Shown: piece after piece, positions 24,001 to 33,738 of the stretch
Position numbering within the stretch: position 1 is the stretch's first letter
Layout: each line of letters opens with the position of its first letter
Assembly: GCA_024346625.1 (NCBI GenBank)
Contig: AP024666.1
Location: forward strand, 806,001-870,000
DNA: 64,000 nucleotides
Direction of reading: 5' to 3'
From: Williopsis jadinii
Taxonomy: Eukaryota
Program-made: the position numbers and the translations under genes
The notes under the pieces: generated by a model
Databases searched by the model: none
What the model saw: the letters and a program-made list of their open reading frames with translations, nothing else
What the model was told of the DNA's origin: nothing

Positions 24001-27000
24001 CTGGAGCATCCAAAAATGTACCAATCAAAAATTGTGATACCAATCGAGAAGCAGTCGGGTGAACCTGAACAAGCGATAAGATACCATCAAGAACTGCACC
24101 AAGTTCAGATTCACGAAGCTCCTGAAGTTCTACTAGAGTATGGTAGTTTGAGAACTGTGGCTCTGCCAAAGAGGGAACATAATCTGTGTATGGTGTTGCG
24201 GACGCATTCTTCATAACAGCATCTGCTGGTGATGTAGGCAATGTTGATCTGATATCATCTTTGAGAAACGTCAATGATCCCTTAAATGCTGCCAATGACT
24301 TGGCTACATCGGCCTCAGAAACACCAAGATCTTTTAAATAATCAGCTTTTGCCAGTGAGTGTTCCAACCGCCTCCAATCGATAGAGAATAGTGAACCATC
24401 AGATTCCTGTAGATGTTTCTCCTCCGACGCCGTGAATATGTTTTTGCTAAATTTGATCAACTCATTAAAAACGTCTTCTGGTATCAGTTCTTTAACATCA
24501 GACGTTTCATCTCCTTCGAGGATATTTTCGAGAACTCCAAATCCAAACAGCTTCGTTTGAACCAATAGATTCGATCTGAAATCGTTGACACGAACAATTG
24601 CATAACCATGAAAGTTACTCTCGTAGAACTTGTCTGGATATGGAACATTGGTCAGTTGGTTAAAGTCTGTCAACTTATTGAAGAAAACTAGACAATTCAG
24701 AATAATTGAAATAGTGATACTCTCCTTGGTATTCTTCACATATGCTAATTCTTTCACTTCAGATATTTTTGTTGGATCAAGGCTGGAGACTTCTCTCCAA
24801 AAATACCCTAGCACTTCTCTTTCCTTGAGCAAACCACCCTTTTGGACAAATAGTATCGCTGGCAACGTCAACACATTGTCATTATGAGAGTCTGTAAAAC
24901 AATAATGCATCGTGTACAGTAATATTAACAATACATCAGCGTTAGCAAAGTGATTTGAGCACAATAGAGAGACAAAGAATTCTGAAATTTTGCCTGCAAT
25001 TCTAACAATCTGCCAGCGTATTGTATCGAGTAGTTGTTCATCAGTCGACATGTTTGCAAGCATAAGTAACGTATTGAAAATGATCGCAATTGATGAGTGG
25101 ATACGATGACCCACAAGACGTACTTGACAGGCATTCTTGAATTTAGCTGATGTCTTGTCAAACTTCAATTTAACGTTGGCGTCATTATCGAAAATTCTTG
25201 TAGGAGGAAATCCGTCATCATACTCTTTAATAACAGTCTCTTCAGATACAATTGGTGGCATCGATGTTCTAAGCGCATGCTCTTCCCAAGTCACTCGTTG
25301 TAACAACTTTCCCAACTTATCAATGAGATTGCACCCACCATCTGTTCCAAATAGTTTACACAATTGTTCACAGCGAGTAGGGGAGAGGGAATCAGAATTG
25401 CAAAACACATCAACAAAGCCAAACAATGCATTGTTCACTGCAATCAAGCCATTGAAGAGGTCATCTGCCTTGTCAAAGTCGTCTTGGTTTTCCAGGGCTT
25501 GGAACAAAGACTGTTTCTCCGATGAATCACAATACCAATCAATTGCATCAACTGTTTCCACTATTTTATCGAAAACTGAGTAGATTCCATAGGCACGAGA
25601 TGTATCATCAAAGTATTTCAAAGCTCCATTGATTGGGTACATTGCATTAGAGTACACATAGTCAAAGGGAGAGTTCTTCAACACAACTAACTTCACCCAC
25701 ACTTCCGGTGCAATTTTTTGGTACATTGTATGCCAGAAGCCACCTAATTCGACAAGACTTCCAATCACAGACGCAGCAAATTCCAAGGTATAAGCCTCGT
25801 CAATGTTTTCCCATACATCCAGCTCAGAACTTCCCTCCTCGTTATCCACGACAGGTTCTTCCTTTGAGTGGTAAAACGATTTCAGTTCAGAACGGTATAT
25901 ATGAGGTCTTGGGAACTCAAATAGTGTACCGTCTGCCAATTTTTCAACCAGTGCGCATAATTCGTCCAGTATCAAAGGCTTAAAGTCGGGATAATGTCTT
26001 GCTAATTCATCAATAGCACCAACAAGGAATTCATAGTTCTCACTGGAAACCATATCTCTTGCGATTCCTTGGATTTCAAAGATTTTGAAAAATTGTTTGA
26101 TCGCATTGACCTGTTTGAGTCTCTCCAAACCGTTGTTGTTTAACGATACGGCACCAATGAGGTTAGGAAGAGCACATACGACATCCTTTGAAGGACGTAA
26201 GAAGTCCCCGAAATTATCGATAACGACATCAATAGTTCCGGCTTCTTTCAATATTGTGTAGGAAGTAGGCTCATTGTGAAGAATAGCACTCACAATATTA
26301 ATTGCATTAGAAAGCAAGGACAATCCAAAGACCGGTATGTTGAGCAGAATTTTGTTGATATCGTTGAGTAGAGAAGAATCGAACAAGTTTCTAACTGTAT
26401 CCCCACTTTCCTTCTGCAAAATTCCAAGAGCAAATCTCAGCAATGCAATGAGATAATAACATTGTGGGTAGCTGATGGTGTAATGGACAATACTCAACAA
26501 TGGAGGACCGCCCATCTTATCATGCAGTGCAAACTCGATTTCTGACGTGATCGAGCTCAAAAGTTTCTGGAAACCCTTGTTCTCTTTGAAAAGTACAATA
26601 TTCTCAGAGCTGCTAGTGACAATGTTTTGAAGCAGATGAGTAGCACCGGCACTTGTAATCTTAAACTGTGTTGGAATGGTGAGGAACTCAGACAAGTGCT
26701 GAATCAATCCGGCAGAAACCAGAGAGCTGGCCAAAGTTTTGGTTGATGCCAGATTTAAAACTAAATGGAAAATAACAGAATTGTAATTTTCAGATACTTG
26801 TTCAGGGATACCAGTTTTTAACTGTTTCGCCATCGATTTCAGAATTTGAAATAAGAGACCATGAGAGACACTACCACCTAGTCCTCTCATAATCTCTGTG
26901 GACCATGTCTTCTTCGAAGCAATGCACTCCAAACAAGTAGCCGCAGCCAATCTCACTTCTGTTGGAACATTATTTTGCAAATTTACCAAATCGATGAGGC

Positions 27001-28027
27001 AAGTCAAAAGAGTCGGATCACATTCAAAGACCTTTGATGTAATTTCAAGTTCCCTGTTAACCATGACAAGGAAGGCGATGCTGAGAGATTTCAATACAAC
27101 AAGGTCCTGTCTCAATTTGATGTTCTCATAGGAATTTGAGTTGAAAGCCTTTGCCATTGTAGCCGTATAGGCAAACTTGGGCCAAACCTTAGGAGGGACC
27201 TTTGCAACACCTTTGTCAAACATCTGCTGGAGCGTCAGCTTACGAACATCGTGCTCAGCGATGTGGAGGGTCTCAATAGTTTCTCCACTTGCCAATTTAG
27301 ATGGTTTTTTCTTCTTTGGAGACTGTAAATCTTTAACTCTCTTGATCGATGGCGATCCTTCAATCTGGTTTTGAGGAGCGTGAGAGCGAGGAGCTTCATC
27401 AGGACAGTATATGTAGTTGAGCGACTTCCATTTCTTTGGGATCTGTGGTTCTTCCTTGATGTAATCCACTAGCGAGCATGTGGTGCTGGAACCTGTGTTC
27501 GCAGTCAACGACGACGCTGGCAGGAAAACGCCCAACGTGTATATTCTTTCAGACACTTTTCTCTGGCCAATGAACATCTTGGGTCTTTGGTTGATGAACT
27601 TGCGTGCCAACACGACGTAGCATCTAAGAACAGCAACGCAAACCGAGATAGATGGACAATTCAGCAAGTCGTACAGCCTATGGGAGGACGAATAGATACC
27701 ACGATGCAAACAGTTCTCCAACAGCATATGGGTAAACGCCAAGATTGCACACACCAGATTGGTATCGAACGTGTTCATCTCCTGTGGTTTACAGTGTTTT
27801 TCAGATAGCCCATACTTATTGATGACCCCTTCAAGCAACGCATCGAACTTGTTGAGAACTGGGATCCAGTGGTACAACGTCCCTTTCGAGGTATCCCACT
27901 TCATGCTTTTGTTCAGCAATTGAATGAGATTCTCATCAGACGCAGCCATGATCTTCTCCTTTAGCTGAGTGAGCGCCTCGGACGCATCCTTCAGGTACTT
28001 CTTCTCTTCCTTCTTCGTCAACACCAT
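18089..28027 (-). CDS. TOM1: HECT E3 ubiquitin ligase Tom1 (HUWE1 orthologue), ~3312 aa
   Basis: N-terminal LYHWIPVLNKFD, long acidic tract, UBM-like IDPEFFEALPDDMR, and C-terminal HECT with LPSSHTCFNQIDLP. Confidence 0.97.
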   Translation of the reverse strand: MVLTKKEEKKYLKDASEALTQLKEKIMAASDENLIQLLNKSMKWDTSKGTLYHWIPVLNKFDALLEGVINKYGLSEKHCKPQEMNTFDTNLVCAILAFTHMLLENCLHRGIYSSSHRLYDLLNCPSISVCVAVLRCYVVLARKFINQRPKMFIGQRKVSERIYTLGVFLPASSLTANTGSSTTCSLVDYIKEEPQIPKKWKSLNYIYCPDEAPRSHAPQNQIEGSPSIKRVKDLQSPKKKKPSKLASGETIETLHIAEHDVRKLTLQQMFDKGVAKVPPKVWPKFAYTATMAKAFNSNSYENIKLRQDLVVLKSLSIAFLVMVNRELEITSKVFECDPTLLTCLIDLVNLQNNVPTEVRLAAATCLECIASKKTWSTEIMRGLGGSVSHGLLFQILKSMAKQLKTGIPEQVSENYNSVIFHLVLNLASTKTLASSLVSAGLIQHLSEFLTIPTQFKITSAGATHLLQNIVTSSSENIVLFKENKGFQKLLSSITSEIEFALHDKMGGPPLLSIVHYTISYPQCYYLIALLRFALGILQKESGDTVRNLFDSSLLNDINKILLNIPVFGLSLLSNAINIVSAILHNEPTSYTILKEAGTIDVVIDNFGDFLRPSKDVVCALPNLIGAVSLNNNGLERLKQVNAIKQFFKIFEIQGIARDMVSSENYEFLVGAIDELARHYPDFKPLILDELCALVEKLADGTLFEFPRPHIYRSELKSFYHSKEEPVVDNEEGSSELDVWENIDEAYTLEFAASVIGSLVELGGFWHTMYQKIAPEVWVKLVVLKNSPFDYVYSNAMYPINGALKYFDDTSRAYGIYSVFDKIVETVDAIDWYCDSSEKQSLFQALENQDDFDKADDLFNGLIAVNNALFGFVDVFCNSDSLSPTRCEQLCKLFGTDGGCNLIDKLGKLLQRVTWEEHALRTSMPPIVSEETVIKEYDDGFPPTRIFDNDANVKLKFDKTSAKFKNACQVRLVGHRIHSSIAIIFNTLLMLANMSTDEQLLDTIRWQIVRIAGKISEFFVSLLCSNHFANADVLLILLYTMHYCFTDSHNDNVLTLPAILFVQKGGLLKEREVLGYFWREVSSLDPTKISEVKELAYVKNTKESITISIILNCLVFFNKLTDFNQLTNVPYPDKFYESNFHGYAIVRVNDFRSNLLVQTKLFGFGVLENILEGDETSDVKELIPEDVFNELIKFSKNIFTASEEKHLQESDGSLFSIDWRRLEHSLAKADYLKDLGVSEADVAKSLAAFKGSLTFLKDDIRSTLPTSPADAVMKNASATPYTDYVPSLAEPQFSNYHTLVELQELRESELGAVLDGILSLVQVHPTASRLVSQFLIGTFLDAPGASIEEFESVILRLVLDYIESFDLSVSDNKGLAGLLNLFSFLILNDTVFFSCHSILEEFSDFVIDQLKPEYVNADWFDDAVLSMVKIISGTQLPSPVKLGPERPFIGIFKEPPIAFKLEKAAGDRLFDIAVSVSDISSTDSALALCRLLTIYAGDPRYANKVSQSGVVEKILKAISYPKLKEPQKPYILQTAFMYLVRRCYETTDIITDMAIREIKTQYTNKSRKELKSKSRELSSVLKDCYGVIMRNPDIFVEEISKRVRFVDFTESSMKSFSTEMIDVADEDVDMVDVDKDVKSETCTGLKSPVGIVNLILTELMSAVRNNWLIEPPKSEKEIEEEKKKQLDRKELDLIKEPKSDVSKNEHCEHIIFLLKVLTELLASYKQSKLEFLTFSKKNLFQEPSVEEPKPRSTSLNFLLHQLILSGKAELPDEELARKAVVGELAVSVIIAFVSTVSGRHVKADPKDVDPDLTFMRKFTVDTIHKVLKESVTTAPGIRTMCARVTSLCLALRSLLSPQEEPYLDPNVIEFDAFHIASVVIDSGLPATLTSILSDIDLNFGDYIFPLESAVNVLSFLGQIKANNQELFRATHPTNGLEEEEVEDDDNDFKEETPDLFQNSTLGMYDVEDIDSEDDFSNDELSFGDEDEDIEEDEDMDDDIGQDIEIVYSEDEDDGMISTDDGETVSLDSDHSSFSDLGSDEENAGSNSSDQYVGYDIAPELAGGSEFDSESESEEYSDASLDIGSDAEDDIEAADDDGWYTTDDHDHDHVFEFDDDDDAESSDEEAGSGHWIVRSGEHGDILDFEDEGDVLGYDDEEEDISDGSELMDTEAVEVPQTLRRVLHGGSRRYFERERQRHGRILTSNIAGNDFIELINNGNIHARRGSSRLNQFYDYFVNILTQRNGNQMPSSHNRAKEEFKILSTKERWTELSLILGSKTDALRIYGHIFKNIYEPSREIYNENQKAEDMKHQKEEEEQKRQAEEEAQRRAEQAQLEANTSNNDEEHEEPHQLDPIWVTVGGRQVDISGTDIDPEFFEALPDDMREDVLTQHIRERRAEASTTGDTGHTREIDEDFLEALPEHIRTEILTQEALSSRLRAVEQSQTVQQEETNVTSDEESKKDKKAKQKVFFTPLLDKYGVASLIRFVFIPQSFPARKSLYMLLGQLCLNKQTRSEVLGLLIAILQDGISSQEALQNVYRQICTRVRPSPTASQGPVSTPSKLGTPRTPSQSVVPKDMQSLGHFPNRASPFVIACQVLEALQFLLESDPQLRYYFITEHDPVLLYKKAGSIKKSHLSGKSSKYPINFLLNLLDIPLVKQKSVLMDGLSRLVQITTRPLASMKKAKEAAEDPSKIELPIITSTSLRNFVTILVSDDCSSRTFQQTLSAMQNLLVLNAHNVFSNELSKLSMKLASSLNKDLEVLVGDLKKLDEEASDFDSQIMQKFTSSSSDQSKLLRVLTALDYLFGREKKDGGDKVMENKELTKLYTNLKLGSLWVSLSDSLDIFEANKSITHVATALLPLIESLMVVCKHSEVKDVQAKDVFNYENSKDFANENIENLFFSFTNEHKKILNQMVRSNPKLMSGPFTMLVKNPKILEFDNKKNYFDRKLHDTETERKTMSISVRRKEVFLDSYRALFFKSKDEFRNAKLEINFKGEAGVDAGGVTREWYQVLSRQMFNPDYALFLPIASDKTTFHPNRTSWVNPEHLSFFKFVGRIIGKAIYDGCFLDCHFTRDVYKSILGCKVSLKDVETIDLNIYKSLTWMLENDITDVIIETFSIEADDYGEKKIIDLIPDGRNIAVTEENKQQYVKKVVEFRVQKSVEEQVENFLQGFYEIIPKTLISIFDEQELELLISGLPDIDVDDWKNNTTYVNYTASSREISYFWRAVRSFDTEERAKLLQFATGTSKVPLNGFKELEGANGATKFNIHKDFGSTDRLPSSHTCFNQIDLPAYDSYEKLRKALLLAINEGHEGFGLA

Positions 28028-28408
28028 CACACCGTACCTCTTTATCAGCAAAGTATATGGCGGCAAAAATCAAACCAGTAAGCAACTAGATGGATCTGCT
28101 TCAAGACAACACAACAGACGCGGTAAGGTGGAAAAGTAGCGGAAAACCCAATAAGCAGCTGAGGCAGTACGATATCAGTCGAGCCTCTTTGAATAACAGC
28201 GACTTGGTTCGACCAAACGTGCTCTTGTTTCCGTGTAATTGTTTGCTTTTCGATAGCTTTGCTTAGTGGGAAGTCCCCCTCGCAGATTTTGAAATTTTCT
28301 ACAAAGGACGCGGTAGTTCGGTTCGCGCACTAATAGCAGCTCATCGCTCCGCGGTTGCCTGGTTTGCCAAAGCGTTTATATACAAGCTTACTTAGTTCAA
28401 TGATCTAT

Positions 28409-29818
28409 TTAAAACGGTTTACTCTGAGTGGAGATCTCGGTCTTGTCGTCCATATAAGGCTGTAGAACCCGTGGAATTGCAACAGTTCTTGTCTCATGGT
28501 TGTAGAAGTTCTCGATGATTGCAACGATTACACGAGGCACTGCCACGGCGGTACCGTTCAGCGTGTGGACATACTTCCTCTTGTTATCCGCTAGACTGGT
28601 GTACTTTGTCTGCAGTCTTCTGCTCTGGTAGTCCGTACAGTTCGAGGCCGAAGTGACCTCGCCGAAGGTGCCACGGCCTGGCATCCAGGCCTCAATGTCG
28701 TACTTCTTAAAAGCAGGTGCGCCCAAGTCGTTGGATGGCATGTTGATGACTTTAGCACTGAGCCCAAGGGAAGAGACGAACTCCTCTTGGAAAGTACGAA
28801 GCTTCTCGAGCTCGTTCTCCGACTGGGACTCCGTGGCCCATACGAACAGCTCAACTTTGGTGAATTCATGGACACGGTACAGCCCTCTGGTGTCCTTCCC
28901 TCTGGCGCCGGCCTCGGCTCTATAGCTTCTGCTGAGCCCGACAGCTCTGACTGGAAGCTCCTTCTCAGAGAACAGCTTGTTGATACCAAGCCCGGCGAGC
29001 GGGATCTCAGCAGTTCCAGTCAGACACAGATCGTCGTTGATTAGTTGATATGTCTGTACTTCGTTGTTCTGGTCTCTTGGTTTGAACCCGCAGGCATCCG
29101 CTACTTCGTTTCTCACGATGGAAGGTGGTAACACCGTGATAAAGCCATGTTTACGGGCCAACTTCAGCGCATACTGGACCAAAGCCTGTTCAAGCAGTGC
29201 TCCATCTCCAACAAGGTAGTACCACGAGGATCCGCTGACGGTGGCAGCCGATTTCAAGTTGAGAATACCCAACTCAACACCAATCTTATCGTGTTCTAGC
29301 TTCAAGTCTGGTTCATACTGGGACCTTGGATTCAACCAGCGCACTATATCCTCCTTAACTTGTACGGAAGGGTGTATATCATTAGGGACCAAGTCAACCA
29401 GAGAGTAGAGCTCCTTCTCCTTCGTGGACAGTGCTGTGGAGATCTCCTTTTCCTTGGTCTTCAACGAGAGCTGTAAGCTCTGTAGCTCTTGGGAAGGAGT
29501 CCCCGAGGTCTTGAGCTCCTTCTTCACCAAGCGCTGTGCGTCATTCTTCTCCTTAAGGACAGTGTTCAACGTTGTCTGCAATTGTCTCACCTCTTCGTAC
29601 AGAAGAGGTATCTGGGGCAGTTTGTCAACAACCGTGGATGGAAGCTCCCTCAACTTTGAGACCTCAACAACTCTATCAATGTTGGAAACTATTCCCTTCA
29701 CATCGAAAGAAGGTGCCTTTAAGATGCGTTTCTCCTGTGGCAGCGCACTATAGAACCGAGCACTGTAGAGCTGGGCACCTCTTTTCACTGCAGAGAGCGT
29801 GATCCTTCTGCTCAGCAT
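28409..29818 (-). CDS. DIA4: Mitochondrial seryl-tRNA synthetase
   Basis: Presequence-like MLSRRITLSAVKR; class II SerRS motifs LTGTAEIPL, YRAEAG, GLYRVHEFTKVE, EVTSASNCTDYQSRRL. Adjacent to RPL27 as in S. cerevisiae. Confidence 0.93.
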   Translation of the reverse strand: MLSRRITLSAVKRGAQLYSARFYSALPQEKRILKAPSFDVKGIVSNIDRVVEVSKLRELPSTVVDKLPQIPLLYEEVRQLQTTLNTVLKEKNDAQRLVKKELKTSGTPSQELQSLQLSLKTKEKEISTALSTKEKELYSLVDLVPNDIHPSVQVKEDIVRWLNPRSQYEPDLKLEHDKIGVELGILNLKSAATVSGSSWYYLVGDGALLEQALVQYALKLARKHGFITVLPPSIVRNEVADACGFKPRDQNNEVQTYQLINDDLCLTGTAEIPLAGLGINKLFSEKELPVRAVGLSRSYRAEAGARGKDTRGLYRVHEFTKVELFVWATESQSENELEKLRTFQEEFVSSLGLSAKVINMPSNDLGAPAFKKYDIEAWMPGRGTFGEVTSASNCTDYQSRRLQTKYTSLADNKRKYVHTLNGTAVAVPRVIVAIIENFYNHETRTVAIPRVLQPYMDDKTEISTQSKPF

Positions 29819-30106
29819 AGCGTATATGTATACGTGTGAATCAATGCCACTTGTGCGGTGATGTGCTATCCTCGGTATCATTTTCACCATTTTTGTTTTC
29901 TTCCACTATGGGCCACTTCACAGTGAAACAACAGTGATGAAAAAAGCACCACTATGAGTGATACACACAATTGGACTATAGAAGCTACGTTCAAGCTATA
30001 GATTGATAAGTTCATCAAACAGTGATTTTAAATAGTTTTTGTTTCTCTAAAATCGGAGTGCTCTTTTCAAGACTCCAATATGCAAATCTCAAAAGACGCT
30101 TTTAAT

Positions 30107-30909
30107 TTAAAAGTTCAACTTAGTGAAGAACCATTTGTTCTTACCAGATTGGTATCTGTCCTCGAATGCCTTCTTGATGAGCTTCTTGGCCTCCTCTCTC
30201 TTGGTTGGCTCCTCGAAGGTCTCGGTAGAGACGGCAGCCTTGAAGTCTTCAATCTCGACGGTGTAACGAGTTGGCAACAAGTGGTTGAAGTTCACAGCCT
30301 TGATGAATGGCTTGACCTTTGATCTCTTAGCAGCCTTCTTGGCACCAGCAGATTTACCAACCTTGGTTGGGTATCTCTCGACACCAGCAACAAGGGCGTG
30401 TGGAAATTGGTGAGCCTTGGAACCTTCATCGTGGGACTTGACAATCACAACCTTCTTACCGGCATAACGACCACGGACAACAATGGCTAGAGGTTTGTGT
30501 CAGTACTATGAGCTTATATTGTTTTGTTTGAGGTGGACGTGGAATAAGCCTTGGAGTTATACCGTGGAAGCTGTTTCGTAGAAGCTGTTTCGTGGAAGCT
30601 GCCTGTGGCTGGACATGAGCTTCTTCAGCGCTGAACTAAAATAATGGTGCTTAACACACCGCTTTGACCATGAGAATAGCGAGTTTCCCATGCACCAAAG
30701 ATTGTATCCACAACAAATGTCTCACATCAACCACTATCCTCATAAGTTCAAAGTGTATGTCAACGAAGCACACGACAGCCTTCTACAAAATGACGCTCTC
30801 TTCTTCCAGCATCACCAACACCACAAATACCACATATAAAACCATAAGTCCACCCTGCCCCTCTTCGGTATCACTTACCAACTTTGCCAGACTTCATGAA
30901 CTTAGCCAT
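30107..30909 (-). CDS. RPL27: 60S ribosomal protein L27 (eL27), 2 exons (30909-30879, 30486-30107)
   Basis: [27 protein letters not shown]...[12 protein letters not shown]; 392-nt intron 30878-30487 (GTAAGT..TACTGAC..TAG). Confidence 0.97.
30563..30601. repeat. 14-bp tandem repeat (~2.8 copies) inside the RPL27 intron
   Basis: cgtggaagctgttt / cgtagaagctgttt / cgtggaagctg. Confidence 0.85.
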
Positions 30910-31221
30910 CTTTACTGTTTCAGAGTATGGAATCCTTCTCTCTCGCTCACCATTCGTCTCTCAATTGGCGCTTAAGGTGAAAAATCTGAAAAGTGCGTCG
31001 AATTTTTGACCTGTGCGTTCTCAGATTTACGCCTATGCCGTTCTCACGTTTACGCCGAGCGAACCAAGGAAGATGAGCCGGAAGTCGCGCCAGAGTCTCC
31101 AGTCTTCCTCCCCCTCGGATCTCGCTGCTTTGTTTGTTTACATTTCCTCAAAAGCTTTGTTTACATCACGAAACACAACCACAACCGCAAGGTGAGCTTC
31201 ACAGGGCGGTAAGCGTTAGGA

Positions 31222-33003
31222 ATGACAGACACTTATAGCGATCCGTATAAGGAGAATGTGGGACTCGATGAATCACCCACTCGACACAAGGAAACGGCGG
31301 CATCACTCCTTTCACCTGTTCAGAAGAATATGTGGGACAGCAATGACCCAATGAGAAACCCACCACCACTACCATTGTCGCCAAAAATGCTACGTTCTGC
31401 GAAGAGCTCACCTAGCAAACCGCACAATGGGTCCCCTGGTCGTTTCCAGCTCAGCAATGTGGATACGTCAGAGATTGAATACCAGGTGAAGAAGCTTACA
31501 GAGTCGCAGGCGTCTATGAAGTACCTACTACAGAGCATTGACACATCTGTTAAGACTACACAGCTGGATCTTGAAAGTTTGAACGAGAGATCGTCGAACA
31601 ACAATACACGCTTGAAAGATTTACTCCAGACCGTGGCGTCGAGTGCGCACGTTGAAACCGATGTTACCCAGGAAAAGATCCATGAGATATTCAGCAAGTC
31701 CTTTGGTCCAGTTTCAGAGAAGTTGGGTAAAATTGAAACGATGAAGAGCGAGATCCTATCGAAGCTTGTTGAGATCGAAGATCGGCCGTCTCCAACTGAG
31801 GAGAACATTCTCTCAAAGCTAATCGAAGTCAAAGAACAGATATTCCATGCGATGCAAAACCAGCCAAGCATTGACGATGTTAATCGGATTCATGAGAGTA
31901 TCAAAGGCATTGCGAGTGGTGATAAATCGTCAGATATAACCAAGAACCAGCAAGAGATCCAAACATTACTTGCATCTATTCAGGTATCCTTGACAAAATT
32001 AATGAATCAGGATATCAAGGAAATTTTGGTCTCTCACCAAGAACAGTTAGAATCACGTGTCCGCTCTATTCATGAAACGGTTCAAGCATCAACAGTGCAG
32101 CAAGATCAAACTGATATTTCTGGTGAACGTCTCACACAATTAATGGATACTATGAAACAGTTTCAAGACACCATGAATGATAAGCTTGAAACCATCTCTA
32201 AGGACCTTGTTCAGAATGAAATTTTGGAACATATGAAAACTGAGCTTCAAACTTCATTGAATGCTTTCAGATCCACTGTGGAACGCCAGCTAGAGGGAGT
32301 CTCTGGAAATCAATATACCGCGCAAGCTGGGGATTTGCTCAATGAAAAGACTGTATCACTTGGTGAAAAACTCATACATTTGGAACATTTGACCAAGAAT
32401 GAGTGCAATACACTCGCTTCGTCCATAACCGAACTCAAGGAAAAGTCATCATCAATTATCGATGAAAGCACTAGGATCATTTTGGAGAAGAAAGATTTGG
32501 AATTAGAATTGAAAGATTCCCGTATAAGAGAATTAACAGCTAAACTTGAAGAATTACAATCCAAGGAGTCCCTGCAAGAATCCATAGGGGAACTACACTC
32601 TACGCGTGGAAAACTTGAATCCAAATTGGAACGGTTGAATGAAATCTATGACGCGCGCTACAATGACTTGAAGCAAATGACTAATGAATATGAAAGAGTT
32701 TCTGAGAAATTCATGAGTTTGAACATCGAAAAGCTCCAATCGATAATGAATACAACCACTTTTGCAAACTTTTCAAATGAAGATACTGTTCTCTCAAAAT
32801 CGGCCCAAAATGGTAACAGAGTATTGAGCACGAATTCGTATTTGATGAATGTCAATGCTTGTACCACACCTAATACTAAGAAGTCTTACAACTTGAACCC
32901 CATCAGCTCTGATGATCAGTCCGATGTTGAGGATGATAAAGAGAACCAAGAGCACAGCATCCATGAGTCGCACGTCCTGGAATCCGTAACCAGTGAACAA
33001 TAA
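31222..33003 (+). CDS. Coiled-coil protein of unknown function, 593 aa
   Basis: Long uninterrupted ORF; N-terminal MWDSNDPMRNPPPLPLSP with several SP sites and KEN boxes at both ends; heptad-rich body. Confidence 0.8.
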   Translation: MTDTYSDPYKENVGLDESPTRHKETAASLLSPVQKNMWDSNDPMRNPPPLPLSPKMLRSAKSSPSKPHNGSPGRFQLSNVDTSEIEYQVKKLTESQASMKYLLQSIDTSVKTTQLDLESLNERSSNNNTRLKDLLQTVASSAHVETDVTQEKIHEIFSKSFGPVSEKLGKIETMKSEILSKLVEIEDRPSPTEENILSKLIEVKEQIFHAMQNQPSIDDVNRIHESIKGIASGDKSSDITKNQQEIQTLLASIQVSLTKLMNQDIKEILVSHQEQLESRVRSIHETVQASTVQQDQTDISGERLTQLMDTMKQFQDTMNDKLETISKDLVQNEILEHMKTELQTSLNAFRSTVERQLEGVSGNQYTAQAGDLLNEKTVSLGEKLIHLEHLTKNECNTLASSITELKEKSSSIIDESTRIILEKKDLELELKDSRIRELTAKLEELQSKESLQESIGELHSTRGKLESKLERLNEIYDARYNDLKQMTNEYERVSEKFMSLNIEKLQSIMNTTTFANFSNEDTVLSKSAQNGNRVLSTNSYLMNVNACTTPNTKKSYNLNPISSDDQSDVEDDKENQEHSIHESHVLESVTSEQ

Positions 33004-33324
33004 GTTATGAAGTGGTTGAAATAAATACACATCAATAACTACGTATTATGCTTTAAGAGGCAATAGTATGATGTGCAATGTAGGATCGGACTTTATGTAC
33101 ACTAATGAAATGTTGAACTAACCACGCTAACTTTTCAGGTACGCTGATAAAAGTCTTGTGCTAAGTAATTCATCATTCACATATGATTTGTTGATGATAT
33201 ACATTGGCCACCAGATGTGCACCAATTTCTGCATCGATAGCGTAGTTAAGTTAAGCTAATGTGATAGAGGCCAATTCAGTGTGCTTTTACTATATAATTG
33301 TCAGTTTTTAAAATTTCGTAACAA

Positions 33325-33397
33325 GCGGTTTTAGCTCAGTCGGGAGAGCGCATGACTGAAGATCATGAGGTCCTGTGTTCAATCCACAGAAATCGCA
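33325..33397 (+). tRNA. tRNA-Phe(GAA), intronless
   Basis: GCGGTTT/AAATCGC acceptor stem, D arm AGCTCAGTCGGGAGAGC, anticodon arm CATGA-CTGAAGA-TCATG, T arm CTGTG-TTCAATC-CACAG, followed by a T-run Pol III terminator. Confidence 0.96.
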
Positions 33398-33738
33398 TGT
33401 TTTTTTTTGCTTTTGATATCAACGAACTGCGCTAGTAAGCGATGAAACATCAAGTGTCTGATTTAGAGCAACGGTCTTAAAGGGCACTGTAGTATCCGGT
33501 AGGTTATAGGTATATTTTCTTCGTGGTTCTGCAGATTTAATCACATTCGTGTAGACATCAGGTGCCTTTGATCTTGAACGTACAGAGCATGTGGTGATTT
33601 GATTATCGCACACTCTCAGAGTTCTAATGGAAACACACTTTCCATTTGGTAATTGCTATAAACAATTATCTAGTACAGATATATCTTCGTTTTGTATCAA
33701 ACAGGTGAATGCCCCCCCCCCTTCAATATGAATTAAAA

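Noticed and set aside
29930..30010. Possible box C/D snoRNA (GTGATGA at ~29934)
   Set aside because: No box D (CTGA) or terminal stem at a suitable distance.
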